Both the position numbers and the translations under genes were made by a program. 64,000 bases of DNA from Chitinophagaceae bacterium (GTDB taxonomy: Bacteria > Bacteroidota > Bacteroidia > Chitinophagales > Chitinophagaceae), in NCBI GenBank assembly GCA_947447485.1, contig CANFJP010000001.1:1145-65144 (forward strand), in the 5' to 3' direction. Of the stretch, positions 1 to 10,854 are shown piece after piece. Below the pieces are notes generated by a model that was given only the letters and a program-made list of their open reading frames with translations, was not told the origin of the DNA and did no database searches. Each line of letters starts with the position of its first letter. Within the stretch, counting starts at the first letter, position 1.

Positions 1-742
1 TTATTTTCAATTTCTTGATAGAGCCATCAGCTTGCATTAAAGCAATTTGTTGATTTTCTTTGATGCTACCACGCGCTACCTTACCTACGGCGATTCTTCC
101 TAAGAAAGAAGAATAGTCAAGAGAAGTGATTTGCATTTGAGAAAAACCTTGATTGACTTTAGGTTCTGGAACAAATTCTAAAATCGCATCCAATAAAGGA
201 AGGATGTTGGTTGTTTCGGTTAATGAAGTATTCATCCAACCATTTTTGCTACTACCATAAATTGTAGGGAAATCAAGTTGCTCTTCAGTTGCATCTAAGT
301 TGAAAAACAACTCAAACACTGCGTCATGTACTTCATCCGGACGACAATTTGGTTTGTCTACTTTATTGATTACAACAATTGGGCGCAATCCAAGTGCCAA
401 TGCTTTTTGTAACACAAAGCGTGTTTGAGGCATGGGTCCTTCAAAAGCATCTACTAATAATAGAACACCATCTGCCATTTTCAATACCCTTTCTACTTCA
501 CCACCAAAATCCGAGTGACCAGGTGTATCAATAACATTGATTTTTACATCTTTATACGTAACGGAAACGTTTTTACTAAAAATGGTAATGCCTCGTTCTC
601 TTTCTAGGTCATTACTATCCATAATAAGCTCTCCAGTTTCCTGATTATCTCTGAAAACTTTGGTTGCGTGTAAAATCTTATCAACCAAGGTTGTTTTGCC
701 ATGATCTACGTGAGCGATAATAGCGATGTTGCGAATATTCAT
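1..742 (-). CDS. typA: Translational GTPase TypA/BipA, N-terminal part (runs off window edge)
   Basis: Hand translation from CAT at 740-742: MNIRNIAIIAHVDHGKTTLVDKIL...MDSNDLERERGITIFSKN...INVIDTPGHSDFGGEVERVLKMADGVLLLVDAFEGPMPQTRFV; not in ORF track. Confidence 0.95.
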   Translation of the reverse strand, partial: MNIRNIAIIAHVDHGKTTLVDKILHATKVFRDNQETGELIMDSNDLERERGITIFSKNVSVTYKDVKINVIDTPGHSDFGGEVERVLKMADGVLLLVDAFEGPMPQTRFVLQKALALGLRPIVVINKVDKPNCRPDEVHDAVFELFFNLDATEEQLDFPTIYGSSKNGWMNTSLTETTNILPLLDAILEFVPEPKVNQGFSQMQITSLDYSSFLGRIAVGKVARGSIKENQQIALMQADGSIKKLKI

Positions 743-762
743 TTTTATTGTTTTTCGAGGCG

Positions 763-770
763 CAAAGGTA
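763..770 (-). promoter_or_regulatory. Bacteroidota sigma-A -7 element TACCTTTG upstream of typA
   Basis: Exact TAnnTTTG, 20 nt before ATG. Confidence 0.7.
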
Positions 771-909
771 GTGATTTTCAGCGGCTCGGCAAGGATAAAA
801 CACAATAAACTTCATCTAGCCTGTATGCTTAACAAAATCTTAAAACATCGAAACCTTTCCATCCGTACTATATTCTTTGTAATTTTAATGTAACACTAAC
901 AAAATCAAC

Positions 910-2949
910 ATGTCATTTAAGCTTTTTTCTGAGTATTCTCCCTCTGGCGATCAGCCAGAAGCGATTAAAGAGCTTACGCAGGGAATCCTTAATGAGGAGA
1001 AATATCAGACATTAATTGGAGTAACAGGCAGTGGTAAAACTTTTACCATGGCCAATGTGATACAAAATCTCCAACGGCCAACATTGGTAATTACCCATAA
1101 TAAAACGTTGGTTGCTCAATTATACGGAGAGTTTAAGCAGTTTTTTCCTGAAAATGCAGTAGGATATTTTGTTTCATATTATGATTATTATCAACCCGAG
1201 GCATATATGCCTGTATCCAATACGTATATTGAGAAAGACCTAAGCATTAATGAAGAGCTAGATAAATTACGTTTACAAGCAACAGCGCAATTGCTAAGTG
1301 GAAGACGGGATATTATTGTGGTAGCCAGTGTGAGCTGTATTTATGGAATGGGGAATCCAACGGAATATGAAAATGGAATCATTAGAATTAAACAGGGACA
1401 AATTATTTCGCGTCAAGGATTTTTACATGCATTAATCAATTCATTGTATCATAGAAGTCAGGGCGATTTTACCAGAGGAACCTTTAGAGTGAAGGGGGAT
1501 ACCATAGACATCAATTTGCCTTATGTTGATTTTGGTTATCGAATTAGTTTTTTTGGTGATGAAATTGAAAGCATTGAAACATTAGAACTCACTTCTGGAA
1601 AAAGAATCAGCAGCGTAGAAAATGCAGCAATTTTTCCTGCCAATCTTTACCTCGCTCCAAAAGATATGATGGCAGAAGTAATTAATGAAATACAAGATGA
1701 GTGTGCCGCACAAGTTGAATATTTTAAAAATTCTGGAAAATTTATTGAAGCGCAGCGCATCAATGAAAGAGTTAATTATGATCTAGAAATGATTAGAGAG
1801 TTAGGTTATTGTACAGGGATTGAAAACTATTCTCGTTTTTTTGATCGCAGAAAACCCGGTGCCAGACCCTTTTGTTTATTGGATTATTTCCCCAAAGATT
1901 ACTTAACTATTGTTGATGAAAGCCATCAGACAATTCCTCAAATCAGTGGAATGTATGGGGGAGACAGAAGCAGAAAATTAGTATTGGTGGATTACGGATT
2001 TAGGCTTCCTTCTGCTATGGATAACCGTCCGCAGAATTTTAATGAATTTGAAAATCTTGTCAATCAAACAGTATTTGTTTCTGCTACACCTGGAGAATAT
2101 GAATTACAAAAATGTGGCGGAGTGGTAGTAGAGCAAGTGGTCCGTCCCACAGGATTATTAGATCCGCCTATTGAAGTGAGGCCTTCGCTCAATCAGATAG
2201 ATGATTTGCTACATGAAATTGATCACCGAATTTCTATGGGCGACAGGGTGCTGGTAACAACACTTACCAAGCGAATGGCAGAAGAATTGAATAATTATTT
2301 TACTCGAATAAATATTAAAGCAAAATACATCCATAGCGATGTAGATACGCTTGAAAGAGTGGAAATATTACGAGAATTACGACTAGGAGTAATCGATGTT
2401 TTAGTGGGAGTAAATTTATTGAGAGAAGGACTCGATTTGCCAGAAGTATCTTTGGTTGCAATTATGGATGCCGATAAAGAAGGGTTTTTAAGAAATGAAA
2501 GAAGCCTTACTCAAACAGCAGGTAGGGCTGCCCGAAATGTTAATGGACTCGTTATTTTTTATGCAGATAAAATGACGAATAGTATGCAAAAAACAATTGA
2601 TGAAACAAATCGTAGAAGAGAAAAACAATTGGCTTATAATATTGCGAATGGTATCACGCCTACTACAATAAAAAAAACTACCGAACAAGTCATTGCTCAA
2701 GGAAGTGTACTTGATGTAAAGGGCTATGACCCTGCTAATCCTTATGCATTACAACAAGATACACAGTCGGTTCTAGTGGCGGCAGAAGATCAAATTGAAT
2801 ATATCACCATTCCACAAATAGAAAAAGCGATTACTAAAGCAAAGAAAGAAATGGATAAGGCGGCAAAAGATTTGGATTTTATGGAAGCTGCAAGAGTAAG
2901 GGATGTTATGTTTGGCTTGAAAAATAAGTTAGAAGAAATGAAAAAGTAA
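910..2949 (+). CDS. uvrB: Excinuclease ABC subunit B
   Basis: GDQPEAI, GVTGSGKT Walker A, YYDYYQPEAY, DESH, GRAARN, C-terminal UVR helix. Confidence 0.98.
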   Translation: MSFKLFSEYSPSGDQPEAIKELTQGILNEEKYQTLIGVTGSGKTFTMANVIQNLQRPTLVITHNKTLVAQLYGEFKQFFPENAVGYFVSYYDYYQPEAYMPVSNTYIEKDLSINEELDKLRLQATAQLLSGRRDIIVVASVSCIYGMGNPTEYENGIIRIKQGQIISRQGFLHALINSLYHRSQGDFTRGTFRVKGDTIDINLPYVDFGYRISFFGDEIESIETLELTSGKRISSVENAAIFPANLYLAPKDMMAEVINEIQDECAAQVEYFKNSGKFIEAQRINERVNYDLEMIRELGYCTGIENYSRFFDRRKPGARPFCLLDYFPKDYLTIVDESHQTIPQISGMYGGDRSRKLVLVDYGFRLPSAMDNRPQNFNEFENLVNQTVFVSATPGEYELQKCGGVVVEQVVRPTGLLDPPIEVRPSLNQIDDLLHEIDHRISMGDRVLVTTLTKRMAEELNNYFTRINIKAKYIHSDVDTLERVEILRELRLGVIDVLVGVNLLREGLDLPEVSLVAIMDADKEGFLRNERSLTQTAGRAARNVNGLVIFYADKMTNSMQKTIDETNRRREKQLAYNIANGITPTTIKKTTEQVIAQGSVLDVKGYDPANPYALQQDTQSVLVAAEDQIEYITIPQIEKAITKAKKEMDKAAKDLDFMEAARVRDVMFGLKNKLEEMKK

Positions 2950-2958
2950 ATTCAAAAT

Positions 2959-2987
2959 AAAAAGGGATCAACAATTGATCCCTTTTT
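2959..2987. terminator. Bidirectional intrinsic terminator between convergent genes
   Basis: AAAAAGGGATCAA-caa-TTGATCCCTTTTT perfect inverted repeat. Confidence 0.85.
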
Positions 2988-3009
2988 GTAAATAGGTTCT
3001 TTATATAGC

Positions 3010-3705
3010 TTATGGTATTAAATAACTTTCCAATTTTCTATGAAGAATAGTCAATCCTGAATTGGGGTCTTTGGTTAAGCTTTCGATTAATCCAATTCCT
3101 TTTGCATAATAAAAATCTCCTGTTGAAATATTAGTATTTCCAATTACCGGAACATTTGCGCTGATTGTTTGATGTACCTGAATAACATCTGAGTAATCTA
3201 CTCCTAGCACTGTTCTCAATGTGCCCATTGATATTATTTGATAATTAGAAGTAGTTACAACCCCATTGCCTCCGTCATTTACATCCGACCAAGTAGCGCC
3301 TACATTTGAATTGGCTCTGAGAATCGTATTTTTAATTCTGCTAATTGTTGAACTACCTGCACCCGGTACATTGTACATGATGATTGTTGTAACATCGTTT
3401 GTACAATTGTGATAATACAGATTGCCTGCAAAAGTTGTTTTTGAATAAACATCGGTTCCAATAGTGGTGTCTGCTATAATAGAAAGATTGGCAGTTGTGG
3501 TAGAAATTCCATTCGCAGCAGAATCAATAAAAGTATAGGCAGACCCCGTACACCAAGGTTGGTAATGACAAGATTTGCATCCGGTAAAATTTGTACCATT
3601 CGGATTGGGAGCAAAGCCATTTTCAAAACTATTGTCTTTTACACAAGAATTCAGCACAACACTTAATATCAATGATCCGCAGAATAATTTAAATAATCGT
3701 GACAT
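3010..3705 (-). CDS. Hypothetical lipoprotein, beta-rich, with a CxxCH motif
   Basis: Lipobox-like VLNSC; Thr/Asn-rich; C-terminal YYAKGIGLI-type motif; CKSCH at residues 43-47. Confidence 0.75.
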   Translation of the reverse strand: MSRLFKLFCGSLILSVVLNSCVKDNSFENGFAPNPNGTNFTGCKSCHYQPWCTGSAYTFIDSAANGISTTTANLSIIADTTIGTDVYSKTTFAGNLYYHNCTNDVTTIIMYNVPGAGSSTISRIKNTILRANSNVGATWSDVNDGGNGVVTTSNYQIISMGTLRTVLGVDYSDVIQVHQTISANVPVIGNTNISTGDFYYAKGIGLIESLTKDPNSGLTILHRKLESYLIP

Positions 3706-3914
3706 ACAAAATTGTTTTATTTGTGGCGAAAATAAGATTTATGTTGTATATCATCATGATTTCAAGTGTTAATATGCTGTTTTTAAGATAAAATTATACT
3801 CTTAATTGTGGCATTTCAGCCTTTGTTTACTTTCCCCCACTTCTTTCTGTCAGAAGAGGCCTACGCTTGAAAGGATTTGTATTCTTTCAAGGCAAATTGT
3901 TTTACTTTTATGCC

Positions 3915-6746
3915 ATGCAGAAAAAATTATTTTTATTAGATGCACTGGCACTTGTTTATAGGGCTTATTATGCATTGATTCGTAGCCCAAGGATAACAAG
4001 CGAGGGTAGAAATACCAATGCCCAATTTGGTTTCACCAATGCGTTGGTAGATCTTATTAATAACCAAAAGCCTACACATATAGCCGTTTGTTTTGATACA
4101 CATGCTCCCACAGAACGGCATATTGATTTTGTTGAATATAAAGCCAACAGACAAGAAACGCCAGAAGATATATTGTCTGCTATCCCTGATATTAAGGAAA
4201 TTATAAAAGGATTTAATATTCCGGTAATTGAACTTGATGGATATGAAGCAGATGATATTATTGGAACATTGGCTAAGCAAGCGGAGAAAGAAGGGTTTGA
4301 AGTGTACATGGTTACTCCAGATAAAGATTATGGTCAGCTTGTGTCTGAGAATATTAAAATATACAAACCTCCTTATCAAGGAGGGCTGGTAGAAATATTA
4401 GGTCCTGCAGAAGTTTGTAAAAAATGGGATATAGAAAATGTATCTCAGGTAATTGAAATTCTTGGATTAATGGGAGATGCTGTAGATAATATTCCTGGCA
4501 TTCCTGGAGTCGGTGAAAAAACGGCTGCCAAATTATTAAAGGAATATGGTAGCATTGAAAACACACTTAACAATGCAGACAAAATAAAAGGCTCGCTAGG
4601 AGAAAAGGTACGCAATGGGAAAGAGATGGCAATCATGAGCAAAAAGTTGGCAACGATTATCCTCAATGTGCCGGTTAGTTTTCATGCAGGCGATTTTGAA
4701 TTAAAAGAATTCAATAAGGAAGCACTGACACAGATTTTTGCTGAGCTCGAATTTAAAACAATAGGGAAAAGAATTCTTGGAGAAGACATTCCTAGCGCAA
4801 CCAATAACAGCCCCAAGCCAGCCCCTGTTGGGCAAATGGATTTATTTGGCAACAATGTTGATACGCCAATTACATCTGTAGTTGAAAGAGAAGAAAAAGA
4901 TTCGGATCAAGCACCAATAATCGTTGATAAAAACATTCACAATACCCCCCACGAATATCATCTTGTAAACAGCGAGTCTGCCATCAAAGAGCTATTAAAA
5001 AAATTGAGTGGAGAAAAAGAAATTTGTTTTGATACTGAGACAACCAATATTGATGCCAATCTTGCTGAATTAGTTGGAATGAGTTTTTCATACAAAGCAG
5101 GGGAAGCCTACTATTTACCTTGCCCAGTCGAAAAAAAGGATTGCATTCAATTGCTTGAAAAATTTATTCCCTTATTTAATGATGTCAATAAAGTTTGGAT
5201 AGGCCAGAATTTAAAATATGACATGTTGGTATTGAAATGGTATGGGATTGAATTGGCTGGAAAAATATTTGATACCATGCTTGCCCATTATGTAATTGAG
5301 CCAGAAGGCAAGAGAAGCATGGATATGCTTAGTGCCAAATATCTTGGATATGAGCCGGTGCACATTGAAGAGCTGATTGGGAAAAAAGGAAAGCATCAGG
5401 GTACGATGAGAGATGTTGAACTAGAAAAAATAAAAGAATATGCTGCAGAAGATGCCGACATCACGCTACAATTGAAAAACATTTTTGTACCGCAATTAAA
5501 AGCAAATAATGTTGAAAAGGTTTTTTATGAGATTGAAAATCCTTTGGCCAAGGTTTTAACAGAAATGGAATATGAAGGAATCAATGTTGACATCAACTTC
5601 TTGCAATCTTATTCGAAAGAATTAGACATTGATGCAAAAAAAGCGGAGGAATTGGTTTATACGCAAGCAGGTGTTCGTTTTAATTTGGCTTCTCCCAAAC
5701 AATTAGGAGAAGTGCTGTTTGATAAATTAAAATTAGATCCTAAAGCAAAGAAAACCAAGACTGGTCAGTATGCTACGGGTGAAGAAGTGTTGGTGAAGCT
5801 TGCTACACAGCATAAAATCTGTAATGATATATTGGTTTTTAGAGAATTAACAAAGCTTAAGTCAACTTATGTAGACGCATTGCCTGCTTTGATAAATCCC
5901 AAAACCGGCAGAGTACATACAAGTTATGCGCAGGCCATTGCAGTAACGGGAAGGCTTAGTAGTAATAATCCAAATTTACAAAATATACCCATTAGAACAG
6001 ATAGGGGAAGAGAAATAAGAAAAGCATTCATTCCAAGAAATGAAAACTATGTGTTGGTATCTGCCGATTACTCACAAATTGAATTAAGAATAGTGGCAGC
6101 CATCAGCGGAGATCAAAATATGTGCGAAGCATTTAGAACAGGAAAAGACATTCATACAGCTACTGCTGCCAAAGTCTTTAATGTAGCAGAATCTGAAGTC
6201 ACAAAAGAAATGAGGTACAAAGCCAAAAGTGTAAACTTTGGTATTATTTATGGGCAAGGGGCTTTTGGCTTAGCAGAAAATCTTGGCATTTCAAGAACAG
6301 AAGCCAAAGAGATTATAGATAATTATAAAAAGGAATTTCCTAGTATTCAGGAATACATGGATAAAACAATTCAATTTGCTAAAACAAGCGGATACGTAGA
6401 AACGCTCATGGGAAGAAAGCGCTGGCTTAAAGACATTGGTTCTGCAAATTTTACCCTACGAAGTTTTGCTGAAAGAAATGCCATCAATTCTCCTATACAA
6501 GGATCTGCAGCCGACATGATTAAAATCGCTATGATTAAAATTCAAGATGAATTTAAAAAGAGAAATTTTAAATCAAAAATGTTATTGCAAGTACATGATG
6601 AATTGGTGTTTGATGTATTAAAAGAAGAGCTTGAAATAGTGAAACCGGTCATTTTAAATTGCATGCAACATGCATTGCTGTTGCCAAACGATGTTCCTAC
6701 AGATGCAGAAATAGGATCTGGTGCAAATTGGTTGGTTGCGCATTAA
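3915..6746 (+). CDS. polA: DNA polymerase I
   Basis: Start moved to ATG 3915 (MQKKLFLLDA); 5'-3' exo GYEADDIIGT and GDAVDNIPGIPGVGEKTA; motifs ADYSQIELR, KSVNFGIIYG, LQVHDELVF. Confidence 0.98.
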   Translation: MQKKLFLLDALALVYRAYYALIRSPRITSEGRNTNAQFGFTNALVDLINNQKPTHIAVCFDTHAPTERHIDFVEYKANRQETPEDILSAIPDIKEIIKGFNIPVIELDGYEADDIIGTLAKQAEKEGFEVYMVTPDKDYGQLVSENIKIYKPPYQGGLVEILGPAEVCKKWDIENVSQVIEILGLMGDAVDNIPGIPGVGEKTAAKLLKEYGSIENTLNNADKIKGSLGEKVRNGKEMAIMSKKLATIILNVPVSFHAGDFELKEFNKEALTQIFAELEFKTIGKRILGEDIPSATNNSPKPAPVGQMDLFGNNVDTPITSVVEREEKDSDQAPIIVDKNIHNTPHEYHLVNSESAIKELLKKLSGEKEICFDTETTNIDANLAELVGMSFSYKAGEAYYLPCPVEKKDCIQLLEKFIPLFNDVNKVWIGQNLKYDMLVLKWYGIELAGKIFDTMLAHYVIEPEGKRSMDMLSAKYLGYEPVHIEELIGKKGKHQGTMRDVELEKIKEYAAEDADITLQLKNIFVPQLKANNVEKVFYEIENPLAKVLTEMEYEGINVDINFLQSYSKELDIDAKKAEELVYTQAGVRFNLASPKQLGEVLFDKLKLDPKAKKTKTGQYATGEEVLVKLATQHKICNDILVFRELTKLKSTYVDALPALINPKTGRVHTSYAQAIAVTGRLSSNNPNLQNIPIRTDRGREIRKAFIPRNENYVLVSADYSQIELRIVAAISGDQNMCEAFRTGKDIHTATAAKVFNVAESEVTKEMRYKAKSVNFGIIYGQGAFGLAENLGISRTEAKEIIDNYKKEFPSIQEYMDKTIQFAKTSGYVETLMGRKRWLKDIGSANFTLRSFAERNAINSPIQGSAADMIKIAMIKIQDEFKKRNFKSKMLLQVHDELVFDVLKEELEIVKPVILNCMQHALLLPNDVPTDAEIGSGANWLVAH

Positions 6747-6781
6747 TATTTAAATTTTTCGCTGTTTTAAAGACTACAATA

Positions 6782-7426
6782 ATGAACAAGCCTTTATTAA
6801 TATACTGTTACGATGCTTATTGTGGATGGTGCTATGGCTTTAGTAAAATCATGCAGCAGGTTGCCGCTGATTACAGCAATGAATTAGATATAGAAGTGTT
6901 GAGTGGAGGAATGATTTTGCCAGAAAAGCCCGTTCATATAAAAGTAAGTGCAGGATATATAGCCAATGCCTATACTCAAGTGGAAGAGCTTACGGGTGTA
7001 AAGTTTGGACCAGATTACCTTTGGCATATTTTAAATCCAGAAGAAAGTGATTGGTATCCGCATTCTGAAAAGCCTGCAATTGCCCTATGTATTTTTAAAG
7101 AATATTATCCTCAACGTGCAGTAGAATTCGCTGCCGATTTACAATATTCACTTCACTATGAAGGAAGAGATTTAACAGACAATGAAGCCTACCGTCATCT
7201 GCTTGAAAAGTATGGTATCAATGAGGAGGCTTTTTTCGAAAAGCTTTCGAACGAAGCATACAAAGAAATGGCACATTATGAATTCTCTCTTGTGAAGCAA
7301 TTAAAAGTAGATGGCTATCCGTGTGTGTTTATTCAAACAGGAGACACTACTTTTCATATGGTTGCTAGAGGGTATACCGAAGAAGCAACTTTGCTTAATA
7401 GAATTGATGAGCTGTTAAAAAAATAG
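6782..7426 (+). CDS. DsbA-family thioredoxin-fold protein
   Basis: Start at ATG 6782; YDAYCGWCYGF CxxC motif; C-terminal GYP cis-Pro loop. Confidence 0.85.
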   Translation: MNKPLLIYCYDAYCGWCYGFSKIMQQVAADYSNELDIEVLSGGMILPEKPVHIKVSAGYIANAYTQVEELTGVKFGPDYLWHILNPEESDWYPHSEKPAIALCIFKEYYPQRAVEFAADLQYSLHYEGRDLTDNEAYRHLLEKYGINEEAFFEKLSNEAYKEMAHYEFSLVKQLKVDGYPCVFIQTGDTTFHMVARGYTEEATLLNRIDELLKK

Positions 7427-7469
7427 CGCTACCATATTTTGCAGCGCTATTAAATCAATTTATATAGAA

Positions 7470-7850
7470 TTAACTAATTGCTTTTGGATCTGGACCATAT
7501 TTATTTTCTCCTACAGTTCCCTCTGTAAGCATTACCACTAGAAGCCAGATTGCTCCAATTAATGGGATGAGTGCTATTAAAAAGAACCATCCACTTTTTC
7601 CAACATCATGCAGTCTTCTAACCCCTACTGCGAAGCCTGGAATAAAAACAAACAAACAATATAACAAATACACATAACCATAAGGCATCGCTAACGTGCC
7701 TGTATCAAACTGAGTTCCTAAAATTTTATCTAGAATCATTGCTCCAATAGAAAAGATAATATTAAATAATACAAACATCCAATATTCTTTACGTCGCGCT
7801 CTTCCAGAAAAACCAGCATAATTTCTTAAAACACTTAAATATTCATTCAT
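7470..7850 (-). CDS. DUF805 (YhaH-like) inner-membrane protein
   Basis: FSGRARRKEYW, VGVRRLHDVGKSGW, NKYGPDP signatures. Confidence 0.92.
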   Translation of the reverse strand: MNEYLSVLRNYAGFSGRARRKEYWMFVLFNIIFSIGAMILDKILGTQFDTGTLAMPYGYVYLLYCLFVFIPGFAVGVRRLHDVGKSGWFFLIALIPLIGAIWLLVVMLTEGTVGENKYGPDPKAIS

Positions 7851-8022
7851 AATTATTTTTTTAAATTTTCTACTCGTATGGCTTTTCGAAATCGCCCCGT
7901 TTTTTATAGTAGTTTCGGACCTACTTTCATTTCAGAAAGTAAGTTAAGGTTTTTTTAAAGACAAAACACTTTGGTTTTTTAAGAATAGGAAATAATACTC
8001 CCATCATAAATGAGTCTATATT

Positions 8023-10854
8023 TTATGGACTTCCTGGGTATCCTACTTTAGGAATGAAGTCGTCTTTCGTTTCTTTTTTAACAGGCTTACCAAAGTTTTT
8101 TAAGTTGTAGCTGAACGTCAACATATAATATTGTTTCAGCACTTCACTTCTAGAATCTTCTATGTAAGTGTTGGTCACCAATCTGCTTACACTTTGATTT
8201 TGTTTGAGTATATCAAAAACAGAGACTTTGATTTCACCTGTTTTGTTTTTAAATAATTTTTTTCCAACACCCGCATTCCATAGTGTAAAATTTCTATCGT
8301 ATCCAGCAGAAAGACCTTTAAATATTTGATGATTCAAATCATTTTGAATAAACCATCCCGATTTACTGAGTAGATTAAAAGAAAAAGCAATGGTGTGATT
8401 GACATAATTATTGTTTGCAATAGAACCGCCAGTAGTTTGAGCTTTATTAATATTGGCAGTATAGTTGATGTTGTAATCTATGTATTCGCTTATATTACTT
8501 ACAAAACCTACACCCACATTATATAGAAAGGTATTTGTATTTGTTGCAATAGTATTAATTATTCCCGGCAACTTAGTGTAGACCATACTTGAGGTGAAAT
8601 TTACAGAAGATTTCACCCATTTTATCGGCATGCTATAAGTAAAAGACGAACGAAATAGTAAATATCCGTCAAGATTCAACGGTTTAGATAATTGAGAGCC
8701 TTTTTTCAGAACAATGCCATTGTCTAGTGTAGAATCGTTTGCTGCTATGTATGTAGCATTCGCAATATACTTGTCAGATTTCTGAATAAAGTAATTAGCA
8801 AAAATACTGTTGTTTGTCTTGGTATTGCTATAACTAAATCTGCATCCTGTGTATTGTGTAAATGTTTCTGTAAGGTCTTTGTTGCCCGTGCTGATATTTA
8901 AGGGATTGCTCAAATTGTATACGTTTTGCAATTGTGCAATCGTTGGAAATCCAATGGTTGCTCTATAAAACGCTCTAATATTAGCATATTTATTTATTTT
9001 TTTTCTCCAATAGCCAAATGGAATAAAATTTGAAAAATTCCGATTCAATTGGAGTTGTTGCGGAACAAGGCTTTCGCTGGTAAATTGTGTTTGTTGGTAA
9101 TTCAAATTAATACCCATTTGCTCGTCCTTGCTTCTGGTAAATCTGTAAGTAATTCCTCCGGTGTTTGTTGTGATTTTATTTTCAAATTGGCTAGATAGCG
9201 TTGAATCATATTGCGTATAAGCTTGCCCATCGTAGCCAAGTGTTTTTTGATCAGCTTTGTTTATTTGTACGGAGGGAGTATACTCAAACTGGAATTGGCC
9301 CCTTCCTTTTTTACCAACCGGTTCGTTGTAAGTAATGCTTCCTCCAATGGTGGATCCATTCGATTTGTTATAAATATATTGTTGTTGAATGGAATCGGTT
9401 GGAGGATTTCCTGTCAAATCATAAAATTGGTAATCTGCATAAATATCAGCCGTCCCATCATTTTTGGAGAAGGCCGTATTCAATCCCATTGTCAATATTC
9501 TATTCTTCTTTTTGAAAGAATGTCTAAATAAAAAATTGTTTTTGATATTGTACCCATTTTTATTTCTTCCCGTTTGAGCATCAGAATAAGATAAAGAATC
9601 ATCAACATTCATATAGCTAAGTGCGGTACCTGTTGCATTTGCTTTATTCGATTGAAAATTAATGCTAGGAATAACAAACAACATATTATTGCTGTCAATT
9701 TTGTATTCAATTCTAGCATTGATTCTATGATTAAGATTATTAGATATTGCATCACCTTGTTTAAAATTATTGAGGTCGCCTTCAAATATCTTGGTGTTGG
9801 TAACTGATGCGTTGTTATTTCTGATCTCATTAAAGAAGTAGCTACCGGTTACGGTTGCTCGGCTTCCCCATTTATCACTGTAATTGAGTCCAATGGCATT
9901 TGTTATATTTATGCCACTGCTAGCATCAATGGTGAAACTCTCTGCAGGACCACCTGGTCCTCTAAATCGATTGTTGTCGGTAGAGGGTTTGCTGCCTGTT
10001 AGGCCCAAGAAATCTTGTGAACCAAAATTTTGTTGATTGATATTATTAAAATTACCCACCACAGAAATCCTTCTATCATTATTAAAAAAACTCATATTTC
10101 CACCAGCACTATAAGTGTTATCTGTTCCTATTCCTGCAAAGACGCGGCCAAATTGAGAATTATTGATGCCAGCTTTAGTGATAATATTAATAGCTTTTTG
10201 CGAATTACCATCGTCTATCCCTGTCATTTGTGCCTGATCACTCATTTTATCATATACCTGAATTTTGTCTACGGCTACTGCAGGAATATTTTTAAGTGCA
10301 GAAGTGGCATCGTCTCCAAAAAAATCTTTTCCATCCACGGTAACTTTTTTCACTTGCTCTCCATGTGCAGTAATGGTTCCTTTATTATCAATTGTAATAC
10401 CAGGCATTTTTTTAATCAAATCTTCTGTGGTAGCATCTGGATTTACTTTGTATTGTTTGGAATTGTATTGAGAAGTATCATCCTTTTGTACAATCGATGG
10501 CGCAGTTGCTACGATTGTTATGTTACTTAAATCTTTCCCTTTTCTTATAATGCTAATGACGCCAAGGTCTTGTTGATTTGAAGGGACTACAGCATTGTAC
10601 TCCTGATATCCGATATTGCTTATTTTTAAAATAAAGCCGCCTGCAGCGAGGGGAGAGAATTCAAACGATCCTTTATTATTAGTGAGTAAGGTTTGAGCGA
10701 TGCTACTATCTTTTTGAAACAACAATGTTACAGTAGCTCCTTGCACAATTCCTTTATCTGCTGCATCGTTAACACTTCCTCTAATGATGACATTTTGTGC
10801 AAAGGAGGTCCATGCTGAAAATATACATACAATGATGGCGATTAATTTTTTCAT
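8023..10854 (-). CDS. Outer-membrane beta-barrel protein with N-terminal carboxypeptidase-regulatory-like domain (TonB-dependent-receptor-like)
   Basis: Signal peptide; plug-like DLIKKMPG...VTVDGKDFFGDD; aromatic amphipathic strands ending YYMLTFSYNL. Confidence 0.85.
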   Translation of the reverse strand: MKKLIAIIVCIFSAWTSFAQNVIIRGSVNDAADKGIVQGATVTLLFQKDSSIAQTLLTNNKGSFEFSPLAAGGFILKISNIGYQEYNAVVPSNQQDLGVISIIRKGKDLSNITIVATAPSIVQKDDTSQYNSKQYKVNPDATTEDLIKKMPGITIDNKGTITAHGEQVKKVTVDGKDFFGDDATSALKNIPAVAVDKIQVYDKMSDQAQMTGIDDGNSQKAINIITKAGINNSQFGRVFAGIGTDNTYSAGGNMSFFNNDRRISVVGNFNNINQQNFGSQDFLGLTGSKPSTDNNRFRGPGGPAESFTIDASSGINITNAIGLNYSDKWGSRATVTGSYFFNEIRNNNASVTNTKIFEGDLNNFKQGDAISNNLNHRINARIEYKIDSNNMLFVIPSINFQSNKANATGTALSYMNVDDSLSYSDAQTGRNKNGYNIKNNFLFRHSFKKKNRILTMGLNTAFSKNDGTADIYADYQFYDLTGNPPTDSIQQQYIYNKSNGSTIGGSITYNEPVGKKGRGQFQFEYTPSVQINKADQKTLGYDGQAYTQYDSTLSSQFENKITTNTGGITYRFTRSKDEQMGINLNYQQTQFTSESLVPQQLQLNRNFSNFIPFGYWRKKINKYANIRAFYRATIGFPTIAQLQNVYNLSNPLNISTGNKDLTETFTQYTGCRFSYSNTKTNNSIFANYFIQKSDKYIANATYIAANDSTLDNGIVLKKGSQLSKPLNLDGYLLFRSSFTYSMPIKWVKSSVNFTSSMVYTKLPGIINTIATNTNTFLYNVGVGFVSNISEYIDYNINYTANINKAQTTGGSIANNNYVNHTIAFSFNLLSKSGWFIQNDLNHQIFKGLSAGYDRNFTLWNAGVGKKLFKNKTGEIKVSVFDILKQNQSVSRLVTNTYIEDSRSEVLKQYYMLTFSYNLKNFGKPVKKETKDDFIPKVGYPGSP

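Noticed and set aside
829-906. Repeated TAACAAAATC (830-839, 897-906) upstream of uvrB as an SOS-type operator
   Set aside because: A-rich 10-mer, not palindromic, and not seen upstream of polA; cannot be told from chance
7904-7943. CTGA...CGAAAC on the minus strand resembling a hammerhead core, plus an 8-codon uORF (MKVGPKLL) and a TACTTTC/GAAAGTA hairpin upstream of DUF805
   Set aside because: Core reads CUGAAAU, not CUGANGA, and the required stems are missing; the uORF and 7-bp AU-rich stem are within chance
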